Counted from the first letter of the stretch, positions 1 through 14,375 are shown. The stretch is DNA of 64,000 bases from Eledone cirrhosa (GCA_964016885.1 OZ024742.1:141670001-141734000), one strand, 5' to 3'. Notes: a model not told the origin generated them from the sequence alone. Program-made: numbers and translations.

Positions 1-61
1 ATTTAGAATGTAAATAGAACGTGAGCATGTGTGCTGGAAGAAGTAATATATATATATATAT

Positions 62-340
62 ATTTCGTTTCTGAATTTGTTTAGCAAGATTCTTTATCTG
101 AAATCGTGTGTTGAAACCGATATTGTTATACTTTGGGAGGGTCATGTTGCCAATAAGAAACACACGCACCAGTTGCTTTCACTTCAATTTATTATAATAA
201 ATTTATAATAAATTTATAAATTTATAAGAAATTTATAAATTTATAAATTTATAAATTTATTATAAATTTATTATAATAAATTGAAGTGAAAGCAACTGGT
301 GCGTGTGTTTCTTATTGGCAACATGACCCTCCCAAAGTAT

Positions 341-348
<8 letters not shown>
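62..348. mobile_element. Fold-back repeat element (family shared with 32905-33320), arms ~120-200 and ~265-348, flanked by (TA)n
   Basis: atattgttatactttgggagggtcatgttgccaataagaaacacacgcaccagttgctttcacttcaatttattata is followed by its reverse complement. The centre is made of tttataaa repeats. A near-identical copy lies at 32905. Confidence 0.85.
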
Positions 349-382
<34 letters not shown>

Positions 383-573
383 GTGTCGTTTGAAAAGTTC
401 ATAGGGTGACCAAGATACTCTAATGAAATGTCCAAATGAGCTTTATTTTCCAACATAGGCACTGGAAAGAAACATTGCAATTATTAATCAGAAGTGAAAT
501 TAATGCATGCAAGATTTCACAAGTCTAGCGTCACTCCTTTATAGTCAGCCTAAGAACTTTTCAGGTCACACTC

Positions 574-608
<35 letters not shown>

Positions 609-610
<2 letters not shown>

Positions 611-774
611 GAATGCAAAACGAAAAATCAGTGATGTATCGGAACTCAATTTATTGCAATAAATTGAGTTCCGATGCATCCCTGATTTTTCGTTTTCCAT
701 TCTATCATACTCTGCTCCGTAGGAGCATAGAGTGCTCAACCGACATAACTATGGACGCATCTTAGCTACCATAA

Positions 775-776
<2 letters not shown>
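609..776. repeat. Short fold-back (609-704, centre ttgcaa) with unpaired tail, between (TA)n and (CA)n
   Basis: tagaatgcaaaacgaaaaatcagtgatgtatcggaactcaatttatt pairs with aataaattgagttccgatgcatccctgatttttcgttttccattcta. Confidence 0.8.
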
Positions 777-852
<76 letters not shown>

Positions 853-1096
853 CGGTCCCTTGTAGCTTCAGCACCCCACCCCCTCCCCTATTCTATGGTA
901 GATTTGGCTGACTTCGCTTTTTATAGCAGAGGTGTTAGACCTCGGATACTTGCCCCCTTCTCCGACCGCTGTTCCTTTTTTCCGTGCCTTCTATATTTCT
1001 TAGTGGCATCTTTGCTTTAATTTCTCGTTTATCCAGTATTTCTTTCTTCTTTTTCTCTTTTTTTTGGGGGGGGGGGTGTGGTGTGTGGTGTGGTGT

Positions 1097-1130
<34 letters not shown>

Positions 1131-1552
1131 CTGTATTAATTTTCCGTTCTTTACTTTTACTTCGTACGATCTTTCATGTAGCTTGTATAAGACTTTTTGT
1201 TTCGTGGCGGTACCCTTAGAGTTAGCACGAGTATTTTTTTGCGGGACCCTGAATTATATTCTCGTACTAGTTTACTTTCTTGCACTGGGTGGTTGCTGGC
1301 CCTGTGATTGGGGTAGAAACCTTTATTATTTCGTGGTAGTCTCTTTAGAATTTTGGACCCCCCCCCCCCCCCCCCTTCTTGACCCGTCACCGTACGATAC
1401 ACGCACTTATACCTCGTATAAGGGTCCCTTTATTTCCGTCCCACCTCGTTTATTTTTATTATTATTATTTATTTACTTATTTATTTTTTTATTCTTTATT
1501 ATATATATATATATTTTTTTTTTTAAATTTATTTATCTATTCTTTTATTCAC

Positions 1553-1583
<31 letters not shown>

Positions 1584-2031
1584 TGTATTTCTTTAGCCTA
1601 GCAATAGCGAGAGACTTAAGTCTTAGTAACCAGACTTTGCTTATTTTTATTTTTTATTTTTTTTATTTTTATAGTTTTACCCTTCATTGTTCTACTTACC
1701 GTTTCGACTTCCTCCTCTCCCCCTCCCCAGTATCCTCTTTGACCTCACGCCCAGCTGTAGCCAGCACTACCAACGCATGAATGGGTCTACTCCACCCCTC
1801 TCCCTTTTTCTCCTACCGGCAGGTTTAGCTTCCCCTTCCCCCACCAATTTGCCATCACAGATTTACTACTAACTTGTGATGTGACCAATCCTGGTGATTA
1901 TCTCTTTGACCATATAATAAGCTCGGCTATTTAAATACCAGAATAAATTTTCATTCAGTCCAGAATTAGCCGTCGAAACGGCTTGAGCTCAGCCGTCGGG
2001 GTCTTACTTGTTCCTATATATATATATATAT

Positions 2032-2532
<501 letters not shown>

Positions 2533-3096
2533 AACAGTCTATATTTTCTGGAAGGTATACTTTCAGTTCAATTACTGCTATTTTAAAATTGGATTTTACT
2601 CCTTCTAATCCTCTGTCCACTAATTATCTTTTGTAATTTTGTAAAGAAGTCGCTGTACATCTGCCTGTGGGTCATATGAAGATGTTTCCAGTATTAGTAT
2701 CTTATCTAGGTATTTCAATCATCTTTCAATTACTTATGTTAAATAAAGCTTAGTAATAAGAAACACTACAAATATTGTGTTGGAGATTAATGCCCCTTGT
2801 CTGTTGTTTTCATTCTGTTGGTCGCTTCTCTGCTCTAAATTAACTGGTCTTCCTGTATTTCCGTTTGTTTTTTATTTGATACCTCCACCGTCAACACCAC
2901 TACACTAGTAGTTGTTGGTGTTATTGCTTCTATCATAGAATCAAGGCCAGAAACATTGGGTGAGGGAAACAGTTGAATGTATCAACCCCAACTATTTCAT
3001 TGGTACTTTATTTATCGAACTCCAAGCACAGTATTGACTACGGTTGGTTTTGACCCCAGAACGCAAAGGGCAGCAATCACACCAGCATTATTAAAT

Positions 3097-3280
3097 GGAT
3101 TGGCAGTATCGATAGAGGGTCGGACGCCATGCTTTCTAGCATAGTTACGTCCCTTTACAGTCTGCGTTCAAATCCCACCGAGGTTAACTTTGCCTTACAT
3201 CCTTACGGGGTCGATAAAATAAAGTACCAGTAATGTACTGGTGAATTGCTGGCCTTGTGCCTAAAGTAGAAACAATTATT
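3097..3280 (+). mobile_element. tRNA-derived SINE (major family, Deu/Nin-like central domain)
   Basis: A-box-like tggcagtatcga, B-box gttcaaatcc, central gccttacatccttacggggtcgataaaataaagtaccag, and a short att tail. Confidence 0.85.
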
Positions 3281-4249
3281 AAACTGCTATTTGGTTTTCA
3301 AGATTTAAATACCTCAGTAAATGTTCCAGCTGTCTGCGCTCTCATCTCAAATCACGTCGAAGTTGTCTTTACTTTTTCGGAGTTGATAAATAAAGTATCA
3401 ATGCAGAGGCAATGGATTGGTGGAATTGAGTTGATCGGGATGTTTGCGGTATCTCATTCGGCTCTGTGACTTCTGAGTTCCAATCTCACCCCCATGAATT
3501 GCGACTGGTAGACAGTATCAGCACAAGCAAGACCAATGGAAACAGTTTTCTGGGTATGATCTAATGATCTGTCACTCTTCTTTTGTTGGTATTCAGTAGT
3601 TCCCTAGAAACTCAATCCAAGTATTGTGGACATCTTCCAGAAATCTCAGACCTGGTTGTAGTAACGGGGAGCATTACGGTTTATTGAAAACTATATAAGT
3701 ATGGAAGTGTTGAAAGCTGGGTTTGTCCTGGTTGCACTCGTTCAGTGGTCAAACATTATTGACATGTAAAGTTGTGTTAAATAGCTATTGTCAGGAGTGA
3801 AACGGATTTGGTCAGCAGTCGATTCCATCATGATCCTTTCATTAAACGGGAAAGGAAGACAGTTTTTTTTCTCTGTCTGGTAGCTACAGCGATAAAAATT
3901 GTATTGTGGAGATAACTGAAAGCTCATCTTCGGTCAAACCCTCAACAACTTCAAGTTCCATTTGAAGAGGAAGGTGAGAGTGAAGAGGGAGCTGCTGCCC
4001 TATAGCGAATTTGTTGAAAGCTGAATAAGAGTGGTTAAAATGACTGGCATGAACGAGCCCATTCTTAAGAGGCGCCTGTAAACCGGAGAATGCAACAAGA
4101 AAAAAAGATTAATTTGGTAGTTAGTAATTCTGAATATGTGAGGTATCTTGATTGACTCTAGGTGCTGCTCGTAGTGAGACACTTTAATCATTACGTTTCG
4201 TATTAGATTAAGGAGTCATGCTTCAATCTTAGCAGGAAAATATGACATT

Positions 4250-4495
4250 AATTGTTTCTACTTTAGGCACAAGGCCAGCAATTACCCACTGCATTACTGG
4301 TACTTTATTTTATCGACCCCGTAAGGATGAAAGGCAAAGTCAACCTCAGCGGGATTTGAACTCAGATCGTAAAGGGACGTAACTATGCTGGAAAGCAAAG
4401 TCAACCTCAGCGGGATTTGAACTCAGATCGTAAAGGGACGTAACTATGCTGGAAAGCATTGCGTCCGACCCTCTACCGATACTGCCAATCCACCA
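4250..4495 (-). mobile_element. tRNA-derived SINE with internal ~62-bp tandem duplication
   Basis: Reverse complement of the SINE consensus. The segment gcaaagtcaacctcagcgggatttgaactcagatcgtaaagggacgtaactatgctggaaa is duplicated. Confidence 0.85.
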
Positions 4496-5325
4496 ATGAC
4501 ATGGATTCCTTATCAATATAAACATCAGAAATTATTTTTTAAATCATAAGAGCATGAAAAACGCATATAAATATATGCACACATATGCTTATATGCATAC
4601 ACATGAACAAATAATACATTCAACACCCATACATATTATGTCTGTAGAAGACCATTGACATATATACACTCTCATTTGTTCAGCTATACTCACACATGCA
4701 TGCATTTGCACAAAGTGGAAGCATACATCAAATACGGCCTGACGTAAGAGGGAAACATGACAAATTGAAGGAAATTGCAAAATACTGTAGTAAGACATGT
4801 AACAATAATGTGATTATAGAAAACACAAACTGAATAGCTGTTATTAAGCCACTGTTTTCTGCGAATTAATGGATTGTATGTTGAGTGTGGTAGAGGATCC
4901 TGTAACTGTTACATAAATATTAAGAAGTTGTTGTTGTTGATAATATAACAATCGTTGTAGTTGTAATTGTAAAATGACTATGTTTGAGTAAATATAATTC
5001 TAAATGGTACGAGAATACTCGATTAAAAGTTTGATGCGAGTTTGCAAATTCGTAATATCAGACGTAGTCGTATAGCTTTTAATGTATTACATCAATATAT
5101 TATTGACAAATCATCGATATTTTTTATTGAACGTAAATAGGTGAAAATAGTGGAGGGTGAAAACCTAAATTGATATTCGATGGATTCGCCCATTATATTC
5201 CAGTGCATTAAATGTCAAAATATCTGAGATAAATATACTATTGTTAACACTATATCTCGGACTATAAACGTCATCTTTAAAGGATGAATAGTTTTTGCAA
5301 TATTTACACCCCCTTCTTCTTTGAG

Positions 5326-5848
5326 TACCTTTAGCGGAGTTTCCCTTGGGTTCCTCTAGCGGAGTTTATTTTGGGTTCCTTTAGCGGAGTTTACTTTGGG
5401 TTCCTTTAGCGGAGTTTACTTTGGGTTCCTTTAGCGGAGTTTACTTTGGGTTCCTTTAGCGGAGTTTACTTTGGGTTCCTTTAGCGGAGTTTACTTTGGG
5501 TTCCTTTAGTGGAGTTTATTTTGGGTTCCTTTAGCGGAGTTTACTTTGGGTTCCTTTAGCGGAGTTTACTTTGGGTTCCTTTAGCGGAGTTTATTTTAGG
5601 TTCCTTTAGCGGAGTTTACTTTGGGTTCCTTTAGCGGAGTTTATTTTGGGTTCCTTTAGCGGAGTTTATTTTGGGTTCCTTTAGCGGAGTTTATTTTGGG
5701 TTCCTTTAGCGGAGTTTATTTTGGGTTCCTTTAGCGGAGTTTATTTTGGGTTCCTTTAGCGGAGTTTACTTTGGATTCCTTTAGCGGAGTTTATTTTAGG
5801 TTCCTTTAGCGGAGTTTATTTTGGGTTCCTTTAGCGGAGTTTATTTTG
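5326..5848. repeat. 25-bp minisatellite, ~21 copies (ttcctttagcggagtttaYtttggg)
   Basis: Direct reading of head-to-tail units with no unique spacers. Confidence 0.95.
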
Positions 5849-7619
5849 TTTGAAGGTTTCGGACCAAACGTTTTGTTTGAGTATTGCTTTCTACATTTTT
5901 GCCACAAGCTGGAGACACCGAAAAAATATAGGGTCTTCACTTCCTGACAAAACCATAAAAGAACCAAAGTTTAGATTAGTTTTATCACTTTATCCTATTT
6001 CTCTTATACACTTTTACTTTTTTATTGCTTTCAGTATTAGTTGGCGTCCAGGATAACAACAACAACAACAACAACAACAACAATATAATGATAATAATAA
6101 GCTGAGAATTATTAAAAGCAGAAGCAAAAAATACAATCAATGTGTGATTAAGTTCGTAGACACTCTATTATTTGTTAGTATCCATTATATTTATTTCGCT
6201 TTATTAATAGGGACATTCCTCAAGCAATCATTCATTGTACATTAATTACACGATTGATTTTTTTTTTACAGCAGGAACAATGAGTAGGCAATGTGAAAAC
6301 ATTTACTATTACTGTCTGTGTTGATGAAATCTCCATCGTATCACGTTAGCTTCAAAATTAGTAGTCATAAGTTATTTATATCACTCGGCAGAATATCAAA
6401 TGGCTTCATGATTTTAATTCTGTATTTTTCTAAATACATTTCGTTTGTGGACACTAGCTGCGAGAGTTTATAGGTTTTCGACAGTCTAGTCACCATTAAT
6501 TGTGTATTTCCGGTGACGAGGGAGTGTCTGTATAACACAGAAGGAAATATATACAAGGTATTTTTCTTGGACGTATTGTTAAGCATATAAATCACTAGAG
6601 ACGGAGAAAAGGATAATCGCACTTTTTTTAATATATCGACGGGTCTATATGCTAAGCTACATTTTATAGACAAATATGCGTTGTAGCAGCTTACTAAGAT
6701 ACTTTCAGAATTCTCTCTCTCTCACACACTCTATCTCTAACTCTCTCTTTCTCTTTACCTCTCTCTATCACACACATACATACATCAATTATTATTACTA
6801 GTGTCTACGCGACCCCCATAAAGTTTTGTTATGGTGTCATGTGGAGGGAGTGACCAAAGGCTCACTTGGTTGTTGGATGAACGTCATATAATCACACCCC
6901 AGCCACACTCGTCCGTATATAGGATACATTTATAGGGAAGTAAGGAATGGGACATAGAGAAGCCCGGAAATGTAATGCTGTGAAGTACATGCTTTTCTCA
7001 AGTACATTTAATAGTTACAAGAAATGACTTCATACAACCTCGGGTACTAAATTTTCTCGTGGATTCCATTGACAGGGTACACAAAACTATATACGCGCCA
7101 TATTTATATCCTAATGGATATATCATGTAAGATATTGAATTTAAAAAAAAAACATACGCACTATCAAAATATATAGGAATATATGCATAAGTGTTTGTCT
7201 TTCAATATTTTTAGAAACCTGTATTGTTTATTCATATAATGCATGCTTAAAAGCAAACAAAACAAAGGAGAAAACACAAAAATCCGAACACAAATTTACA
7301 TTAAAACTCAAACATACAGAATTAATACAGGTACCACACACACACACACGAACACATATCCTCACAGACACTCACACATACCGTATCTGAATGGAAACAA
7401 TGCATTGCACTGATGCACACATTTAGTTAACTATACTCATGAACAGGCACTAGAAAAGCAAAGCTAGATATATTCTGCACACACATTTATATAGTTTAAT
7501 CAATAAATGAGTATGAAGTGTGATGACAAAGAAATTCTTAATTTATAGATAAGCAGCCTTGCATCGCTAGATTGACAGGTAAGGTAGACAGGTACGGCTG
7601 CGGGTATATAAGTAAGTGG

Positions 7620-7708
7620 GTATGTATGTATGTATGTATGTATGTATGTATGTATGTATGTATGTATGTATGTATGTATGTATGTATGTATGTATGTATG
7701 TATGTATG
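7620..7708. repeat. (TATG)n microsatellite
   Basis: Direct reading. Confidence 0.95.
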
Positions 7709-8514
7709 TCCAAAGTCACCCTCCTCACCAAGAAACCTTGGTGGGGTTGCCAGTTTAGTCGCCAACGACCCGACCATGAGACAGGTTGTACTGGGATACA
7801 TGTTACCAGTAGCACCAACATCCTGCAGGACTAAAAACAAAACCTGTCAAAGGGCAAAGGAGCTCGTAAGAGTCAATGGCCATCCAAAATCATCGGGAGA
7901 GATGACCTCTTAGCCTTTGTCAAGGCAGAATTCTAGGAGAAGGAAAACTCTGATATAACACCTGCAACCCTGATGGTATCCAATGATGTTGACTTGTTCT
8001 TCTTTTTGGTAAATACCATCTTGGTTAAGAGAGTGGGACTGGCTTTGTGCAGTGCCTTTGCTCACTATAAAAGCTTCACGGCACAGGCATTGCTTTATAT
8101 CTGGAGATCTCTCTGCACTTGTCATCACATGGTACCATGAGCCCAGCACTATGTGTCAATAATTGTCAGAAGTGTAGTGTTTGTACCAGAGTTTTCAAGT
8201 CGCTGGCTGGACTAAAAAGTCACACTCGTTCAGCGCATCGGTAGGGGTTCTCCTACATGGATATAAAGTAGTGGTCGTACTCGAAAACGAGTTGGCAGCC
8301 ACCATGTATGTATGTATGTCTTTTTTTTTTAATTTCAAGTTTATTTTTGAGCGACCATCTTCCCGACAGTAAGGTTGTAAGGAAAAAAGAATTTCCGTCG
8401 TCCCTTGTTCAATCATTCATCTTTTGAATTTAGATTTTGAAGGTTAAAAAGCTGCATTCGTTCAGTCATACTTTAGTCCTGGTGGGTTGCTATATATACT
8501 GTAGCTTCAATAAT

Positions 8515-8940
8515 AATGGTTTCCGATTTAGGCACAAGGCCAACAATTTTGGGGATGGGAAAGTCGATTAAATCGACCATAGTGCATTACTGGTACTTTA
8601 TTTTATCGACCCCGTAAGATTGAAAGGCAAAGCTAACTTCGGCTGTTTTTGAACTGAGAACGTAAAGGGGCGAACTATATACAGCAAAGCATGTTGTCCG
8701 ACACTCTACCAACATTGCCAATCCATCGCTCTTGTAGCATCAATAATAATTGTTTCTACTTTAGGCACAAGGCCAGCACATACCCAATGCATTACTGGTA
8801 CTTTATTTTATCGACGCCGTAAGGATGAAAGGCAAAGTTAACCTAACCTCGGCGGGATTTGAACTCAGAATGGCAAGGGCCGTAACTCTATGCTTCAAAG
8901 CATGGCGTCCGACCCTCTACCGATACTGCCAATCCACCAC
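8515..8940 (-). mobile_element. Two adjacent tRNA-derived SINE copies (~8515-8730, ~8748-8940)
   Basis: Both match the reverse complement of the SINE consensus (ggtactttattttatcgac, gatttgaactcaga, gccaatcca). Confidence 0.8.
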
Positions 8941-10462
8941 GAAACTGAACAAGTATTTTGGGCAGTGGATCTGCAAACTCCTCATGCGTAATTTTTCTAA
9001 CAATATTGATATCGAGTGGGCAGTTGACTTCCACAACAAAGCATGTTTTCTATGTGTGGTCAATTTGTTTTAATTTGGTGACAGATTTTATTTTTAGATT
9101 CCTCCAATATTGCCTTGAGCCACCAGTCTCAATATATTCATCCCCATTTATTCATTTTTTTAGCTATCACATTATGTCTCATAGGAAGAAGGTATAAACG
9201 AAAAGACATTCTCTCGCTGTTGGCAATGGTTTAGCTAACATCTTTGAATCACCGTGGTCAGTGATAGAATTTGCTAAATCTTTTTCTTACGCATCTAAAT
9301 CATGTGCCTTGTGCAGCAACGAACAATTCTTCACATCGGTGTTTCTTGTCAATCTGCTGAATTCAAAGAACGAGGTACTTCAACATTATGTCAACGAAAC
9401 AAATTTGTTGTGAGGGAATTTTATTCTAACTACAGGTTGAATATACTGCAATTTTAATGGTAGATTTTCTTTTTACAATTCTTCGATTTTTTTGGTAGCT
9501 CCACAAGGTTTCATAAATGTCCTATCCTACAGATATCGTATTTTGTGGCAACAGCTGGTAGCTGAATGTTATTCAAAGGTGTTTCGCAGAAGAATAAAAA
9601 CTATTAGTAGACTGTCTAGAAATCTCTTGTTTGCTTCTTGATACTAATAAAAGAACTCGAATTTGTATGCTGCATCTTGAGCACATTTTCTCTTTATTTA
9701 CTTATATTCTTTTACATATTTCTGGATGCAGCATTCGTGGAATATTGGGCACATGTCATTTAACGTGTCCGTAAGTTGACTCAAACCTTGTGAGTGAAAT
9801 TAAGTAAAGGGAAACTATTGACTGTGCTTATAATTCAAAGACTTGACACTGAGAGGAACTAAGTTTGACACTGTCAAACTGAGTTCCCCTGAGAATTCCA
9901 TTAAAGGTGCACGGGACTTTGGAATGCATAACCACTTGCATGTTAATTTCACGAGCAGTCTGTTCTGGTGATTGAATAACTGGAACATGTATCATCAAAA
10001 TTGACGGAGATCCATGGATTTATGTACTTATTTAATCACTGATCAACTATTTTTCAATTTTCCATATGTTATCAATATAAATATTTCTTTTATTTTCATT
10101 TTCATTCTTTTCTTCTTCTTTCTATTTCTATATTCCGTAAATCCGAATACAGCTTTCTTTTCTACTTCTTTCTGTCTCCATTCATAGCTAAGTTTATATC
10201 AAATTAATAAGTTTTCTTATATTTTTGAGTTTATTTTTATTTTGTGTTACGATCTTAATTTAAATTAATATATTAATAATGTATTTCGCAGAGAATAAGA
10301 ACTATTAGATATCTGTTTTCTACTTTCTTCCAAATTCCAAAATGAATTTGAAATTTTCTATAGAATCTTGTACATGTTTTGATTTTGGTTTTGTTATATT
10401 TTATTTATTTGTTTACTTTTAAATTTAAGCAATAATCATCTGTTTACACTCTACTATTAATA

Positions 10463-11359
10463 CGAGGTGTGTCAGAAAAGTTCCAGGACTGATGTCACAA
10501 AAGATTTATTTCAAACCCCAACTTCACTCTAAGAGTTTTCTCCTTCAAAGTAATCCCCCTGGAGTCTAATGCACTTTTCCATCCTTTTCTGCCACGCTTG
10601 CATGCACTCATGGAAAGATTCTTCCGGGATTCTCCGCAGTTCCATCGTCACGGCCTTTTTGATGTCGTCCACGTCTTCAAAACGTGTCCCCTCCGGGTCG
10701 TACTCGGAGATCCATGACTCACCACCGGTGATGACTGTCCCTAGCAAGTCTGGTTCGGTTTCAAGACGCTCGAGGATGTCCTGGCACACTTGCATGCGTC
10801 GACCCTTCTGGTCATCATTCAGCAGTTTTGGCACCATCTTCGCGCAAGACTCTCCGCATGTCCAAATCTTCAGTGAGAATCTTCCAGACGCTGTCCCGAT
10901 TCATGCCCAGCTCATTTGTCATCAGTCGAACAGTCAGCCGACTATCGCTACGCACCATCTGCCTGACGCGCTCAACGTTGACTTCAGTCCTGGTTGTTGA
11001 GGGCCTTCCGCTCCTGGGGTCATCTTCCACGTCCTCGCGTCCTTCTTTAAACCTCTTGCACCACTCAAAAACGCGCGAGCGTGACATCGTCTCATCTCCA
11101 TACACTTGCTGCAGCAATCCCAGTGCTTCTGACAGAGTTTTCAAGTTTGTTCGTTGCTCTGTGCTCATTGCTTGACGACCTGAAACAGAGGACATGTATA
11201 TAAAATTATGAAGAAGAAATTTTGATCGTTGCTGAGAACTAAGATTACAGTTACATACTCCAGGGGGATTACTTTGAAGGAGAAAACTCTTAGTGTGAAG
11301 TTTTGGTTTGAAATAAATCTTTTGTGACATCAATCCTGGAACTTTTCTGACACACCTCG
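10463..11359 (-). mobile_element. Internally deleted mariner transposon with ~105-bp TIRs and TA TSD
   Basis: TIRs ta|cgaggtgtgtcagaaaagttccagga ... tcctggaacttttctgacacacctcg|ta. Transposase remnants include SRSRVFEWCKRFKEGREDVEDDPRSGRPST, VPKLL, TGGESW and WQKRMEKCIRLQGDYFE. The catalytic middle is deleted and the ORF is frameshifted. Confidence 0.95.
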
Positions 11360-11397
11360 TATATATATATATACGTCTTCCTCCACTTCACCATTTT

Positions 11398-11452
11398 CTT
11401 CTTCTTCTTCTTCTTCTTCTTCTTCTTCTTCTTCTTCTTCTTCTTCTTCTTC
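11398..11452. repeat. (CTT)n microsatellite
   Basis: Direct reading. Confidence 0.95.
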
Positions 11453-12029
11453 AATTATATCTTTTCTTTATACTCCTCCTTATCAAGCAAACATTCCTTC
11501 TTCCCAGCATCTTTCTACATTCAATCAGTTACCTATTCTAATTTACTTTCGCGTATCCCTTTAATAAATACCCCCCATAAAGCTTCCTGTACCCAAAATT
11601 ATACAGAGATAAATACACCATTTACCACTCATTCCTTCATTTATTCCCCACAGTTCCTTTATATATCTATAAGTCTATTCATCGATACCTTTCCCTTTCT
11701 TTTCTATTCTATATATACCTACTTTCATATCTAAATATTTTGTCAATCGCTATATATTACAAATACTTAATTTTTCCAAAATTATTTAACCTTATTTGTA
11801 AACCTTATTTTTCCAAAATTATTTAACATATATTTCTTTTATTATTTTTCCAATGGTTTCCACACAGTTTCTGTCTACCAAGTTTCACTTGCAAAGCGCA
11901 TATCTATAGTAGAAGACACTTTCCAGGGGTAACGTGCAAGGGGATTGAACTTGAAACCACGTGTCCATATATATAAGCCTGTAATTTAAAATAAAGCATT
12001 TAGTCATATCGAAAAATATTAGCTTGACG

Positions 12030-12675
12030 GCGAAAACTCTTTTCAATTACTGCTAGGGCATCGGAAAAAATGACTGGACAGTATTTCTTCTGTCTCTTTA
12101 CGTTCTGGATTCAAATAGACTCAACCTCAACTTTGCCTTTCATCTTCCCAAGGTCGATAAAATAAAATACCAATCAAGCACAGGGGTCAATATAGCTGAA
12201 CTGATGGTTCTGTGCTTAAATTAGAAATCATTATTCATTTCACTATATAAATATAGTTTCTAACATAAACACAAGGCCAGTAAATGGAAGGAAAAAGTCG
12301 ATTAAATCGACCCCAGTACTTTATTAGTATTTCGTTTTATCGACCGGAGAAGGATGAAAGGCAAAATTGACATCGGCAGGATTTGAACCCAGAAAATAAG
12401 GTGCCAGAACAAATACCACTAAGCATTAGTCTGATGGAATAACGACTCTGCTAATCCTCTCCTCCCATTCCATTATATATATTGAGGGCGGTGGATTGGC
12501 AGTATCGGTAGAGGGTCGGATGCCATGCTTTGACGCATAGAGTTACGGCCCTTTCCATTCTGAGTTCAAATCTCGCCGAGGTCAACTTTGCCTTTCATCC
12601 TTACGAGGTCGATAAAATAAAGTACCAGTAATGTACTGGGTAATTGCTGGTCTTGTGCCAAAAGTAGAAATAATT
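12030..12675. mobile_element. Cluster of three SINE copies (~12030-12235 +, ~12255-12460 -, 12485-12675 +)
   Basis: All match the SINE consensus. The last copy is nearly intact (gggcggtggattggcagtatcgg...gagttcaaatctc). Confidence 0.8.
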
Positions 12676-12758
12676 ATATATATTGATAACGTTTTCCATA
12701 GATGTGTGCGGATGCGCGCGTGCATACATGCGAGTGTGTAAATATATATATATATATA

Positions 12759-12867
<109 letters not shown>

Positions 12868-12890
12868 GTATGTGTGTATATATATATATG

Positions 12891-12922
<32 letters not shown>

Positions 12923-13040
12923 TATGTGTATATATATATGTATATATGTATATGTATGTGTATATATATATATGTATGTGTGTATATATATATGTATATA
13001 TATATATGTATGTATATATATATATGTATATATATATATG

Positions 13041-13198
<158 letters not shown>

Positions 13199-13432
13199 TA
13201 TATGTATACATATATATATATATATGTATACATATATATATATAATATTTATAATATATATAATAAAAAAGAAATAGGATTTCGCTTCAAGCATATCTTT
13301 ATACAATATGTATAAATATTTTGTATCTCCAAAGAAATACAGTTTTAGGAAGCCGTAGCTATGCAAACACCGAGGGGGGGGGGGGGGTGACTAACGCCGC
13401 CTGGTGATGTCCAGCAGAAGCAAGGGGGACAA

Positions 13433-13474
13433 CCGTCTATGCATTTCAGGCTTAGCTGGCCTCCGTCAGGACGG
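13433..13474 (-). ncRNA. Type I hammerhead ribozyme copy with A9G core mutation (CUGACGG)
   Basis: Inverted copy of 13781-13822. Confidence 0.7.
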
Positions 13475-13780
13475 TCCCTCCCACTGCTTGCGACTGCTGG
13501 ACTAGAAGACAGGCGAGAATATATACTTTTCTCGTCTGTGTAAATGAGGAGATTAATCTCATTTGCATATGAAGCTGCACAAGTTGGCTCAACTAATAAA
13601 AAAGAAATACACATATTGTATAAAGCTATGCTTGAAGCGAAATCCTATTTCTTTTTTATTAGTTGAGCCAACTTATGCAGCTTCATATGCAAATGAGATT
13701 AATCACCTCATTTACACAGACGAGAAAAGTATATATTCTCGCCTGTCTTCTAGTCTAGCAGTCGCAAGCGGTGGGAGGGA

Positions 13781-13822
13781 CCGTCCTGACGAAGGCCAGC
13801 TAAGCCTGAAATGCATAGACGG
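13781..13822 (+). ncRNA. Type I hammerhead ribozyme (intact core)
   Basis: ccgtc-CTGACGA-aggc(cagctaa)gcct-GAA-atgcat-A-gacgg. All three stems pair and stem III is palindromic. Confidence 0.9.
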
Positions 13823-13982
13823 TTGTCCCCCTTGCTTCTGCTGGACATCACCAGACGGCGTTAGCCCCCCCCCCCCCTCCGGTGTTTGCATAGCTACGGC
13901 TTCCTAAAACTATTTCTTTGGAGATACAAAATATATATATATGTATATATATAATATATATGTATATATATATATATATATA

Positions 13983-14375
13983 CGAGGCCAATCCCAAAAG
14001 TAAGGTCTCCTTCCCATATTGCAACTTTTCCGTTAAAATCCTGTGGATGGTGCTTCGGGAAACCTCAGGAACCAAAATGCAGAGAGCATCCAGAGTGATC
14101 CCCCGATCTTTACGCATGTTTTCCTCGGAAGGAGACCTTACTTTTGGGATTGCCCTCTATATAATAACTGCGTGAAATTCGCACTTGGCGGTAGCGTTCA
14201 ACGGGAGCTCCATTCTCAACGGCTGCCAAGCCAAGATTGAGCATCCCAGCGAAGCGCGCGCATGCTTGTTTGGGAGTGAAGGAAGCACCCATCACAACAG
14301 TGTTGCCAACAGCCGTACGAACAGCTTCTCTGCGTTCAAATCGCTTTGGAGACCTTACTTTTGGGATTACCTTCG
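13983..14375 (-). mobile_element. Non-autonomous mariner derivative with three TIR copies
   Basis: TIR cgaggccaatcccaaaagtaaggtctcc has inverted copies at 14131-14157 and 14348-14375. The transposase remnant is RKDRGITLDALCILVPEVSRSTIHRILTEKLQY. Confidence 0.8.

Larger units (their letters stand above)
13261..13932. mobile_element. Hammerhead-bearing fold-back element, two inverted copies of a ~335-nt unit, in (TA)n
   Basis: Arms ~13316-13607 and ~13646-13932 are reverse complements. 13261-13311 is the reverse complement of 13611-13661. Confidence 0.9.

Noticed and set aside
5326-5848. CRISPR-like regular repeat
   Set aside because: There are no unique spacers or cas genes, and the context is eukaryotic.
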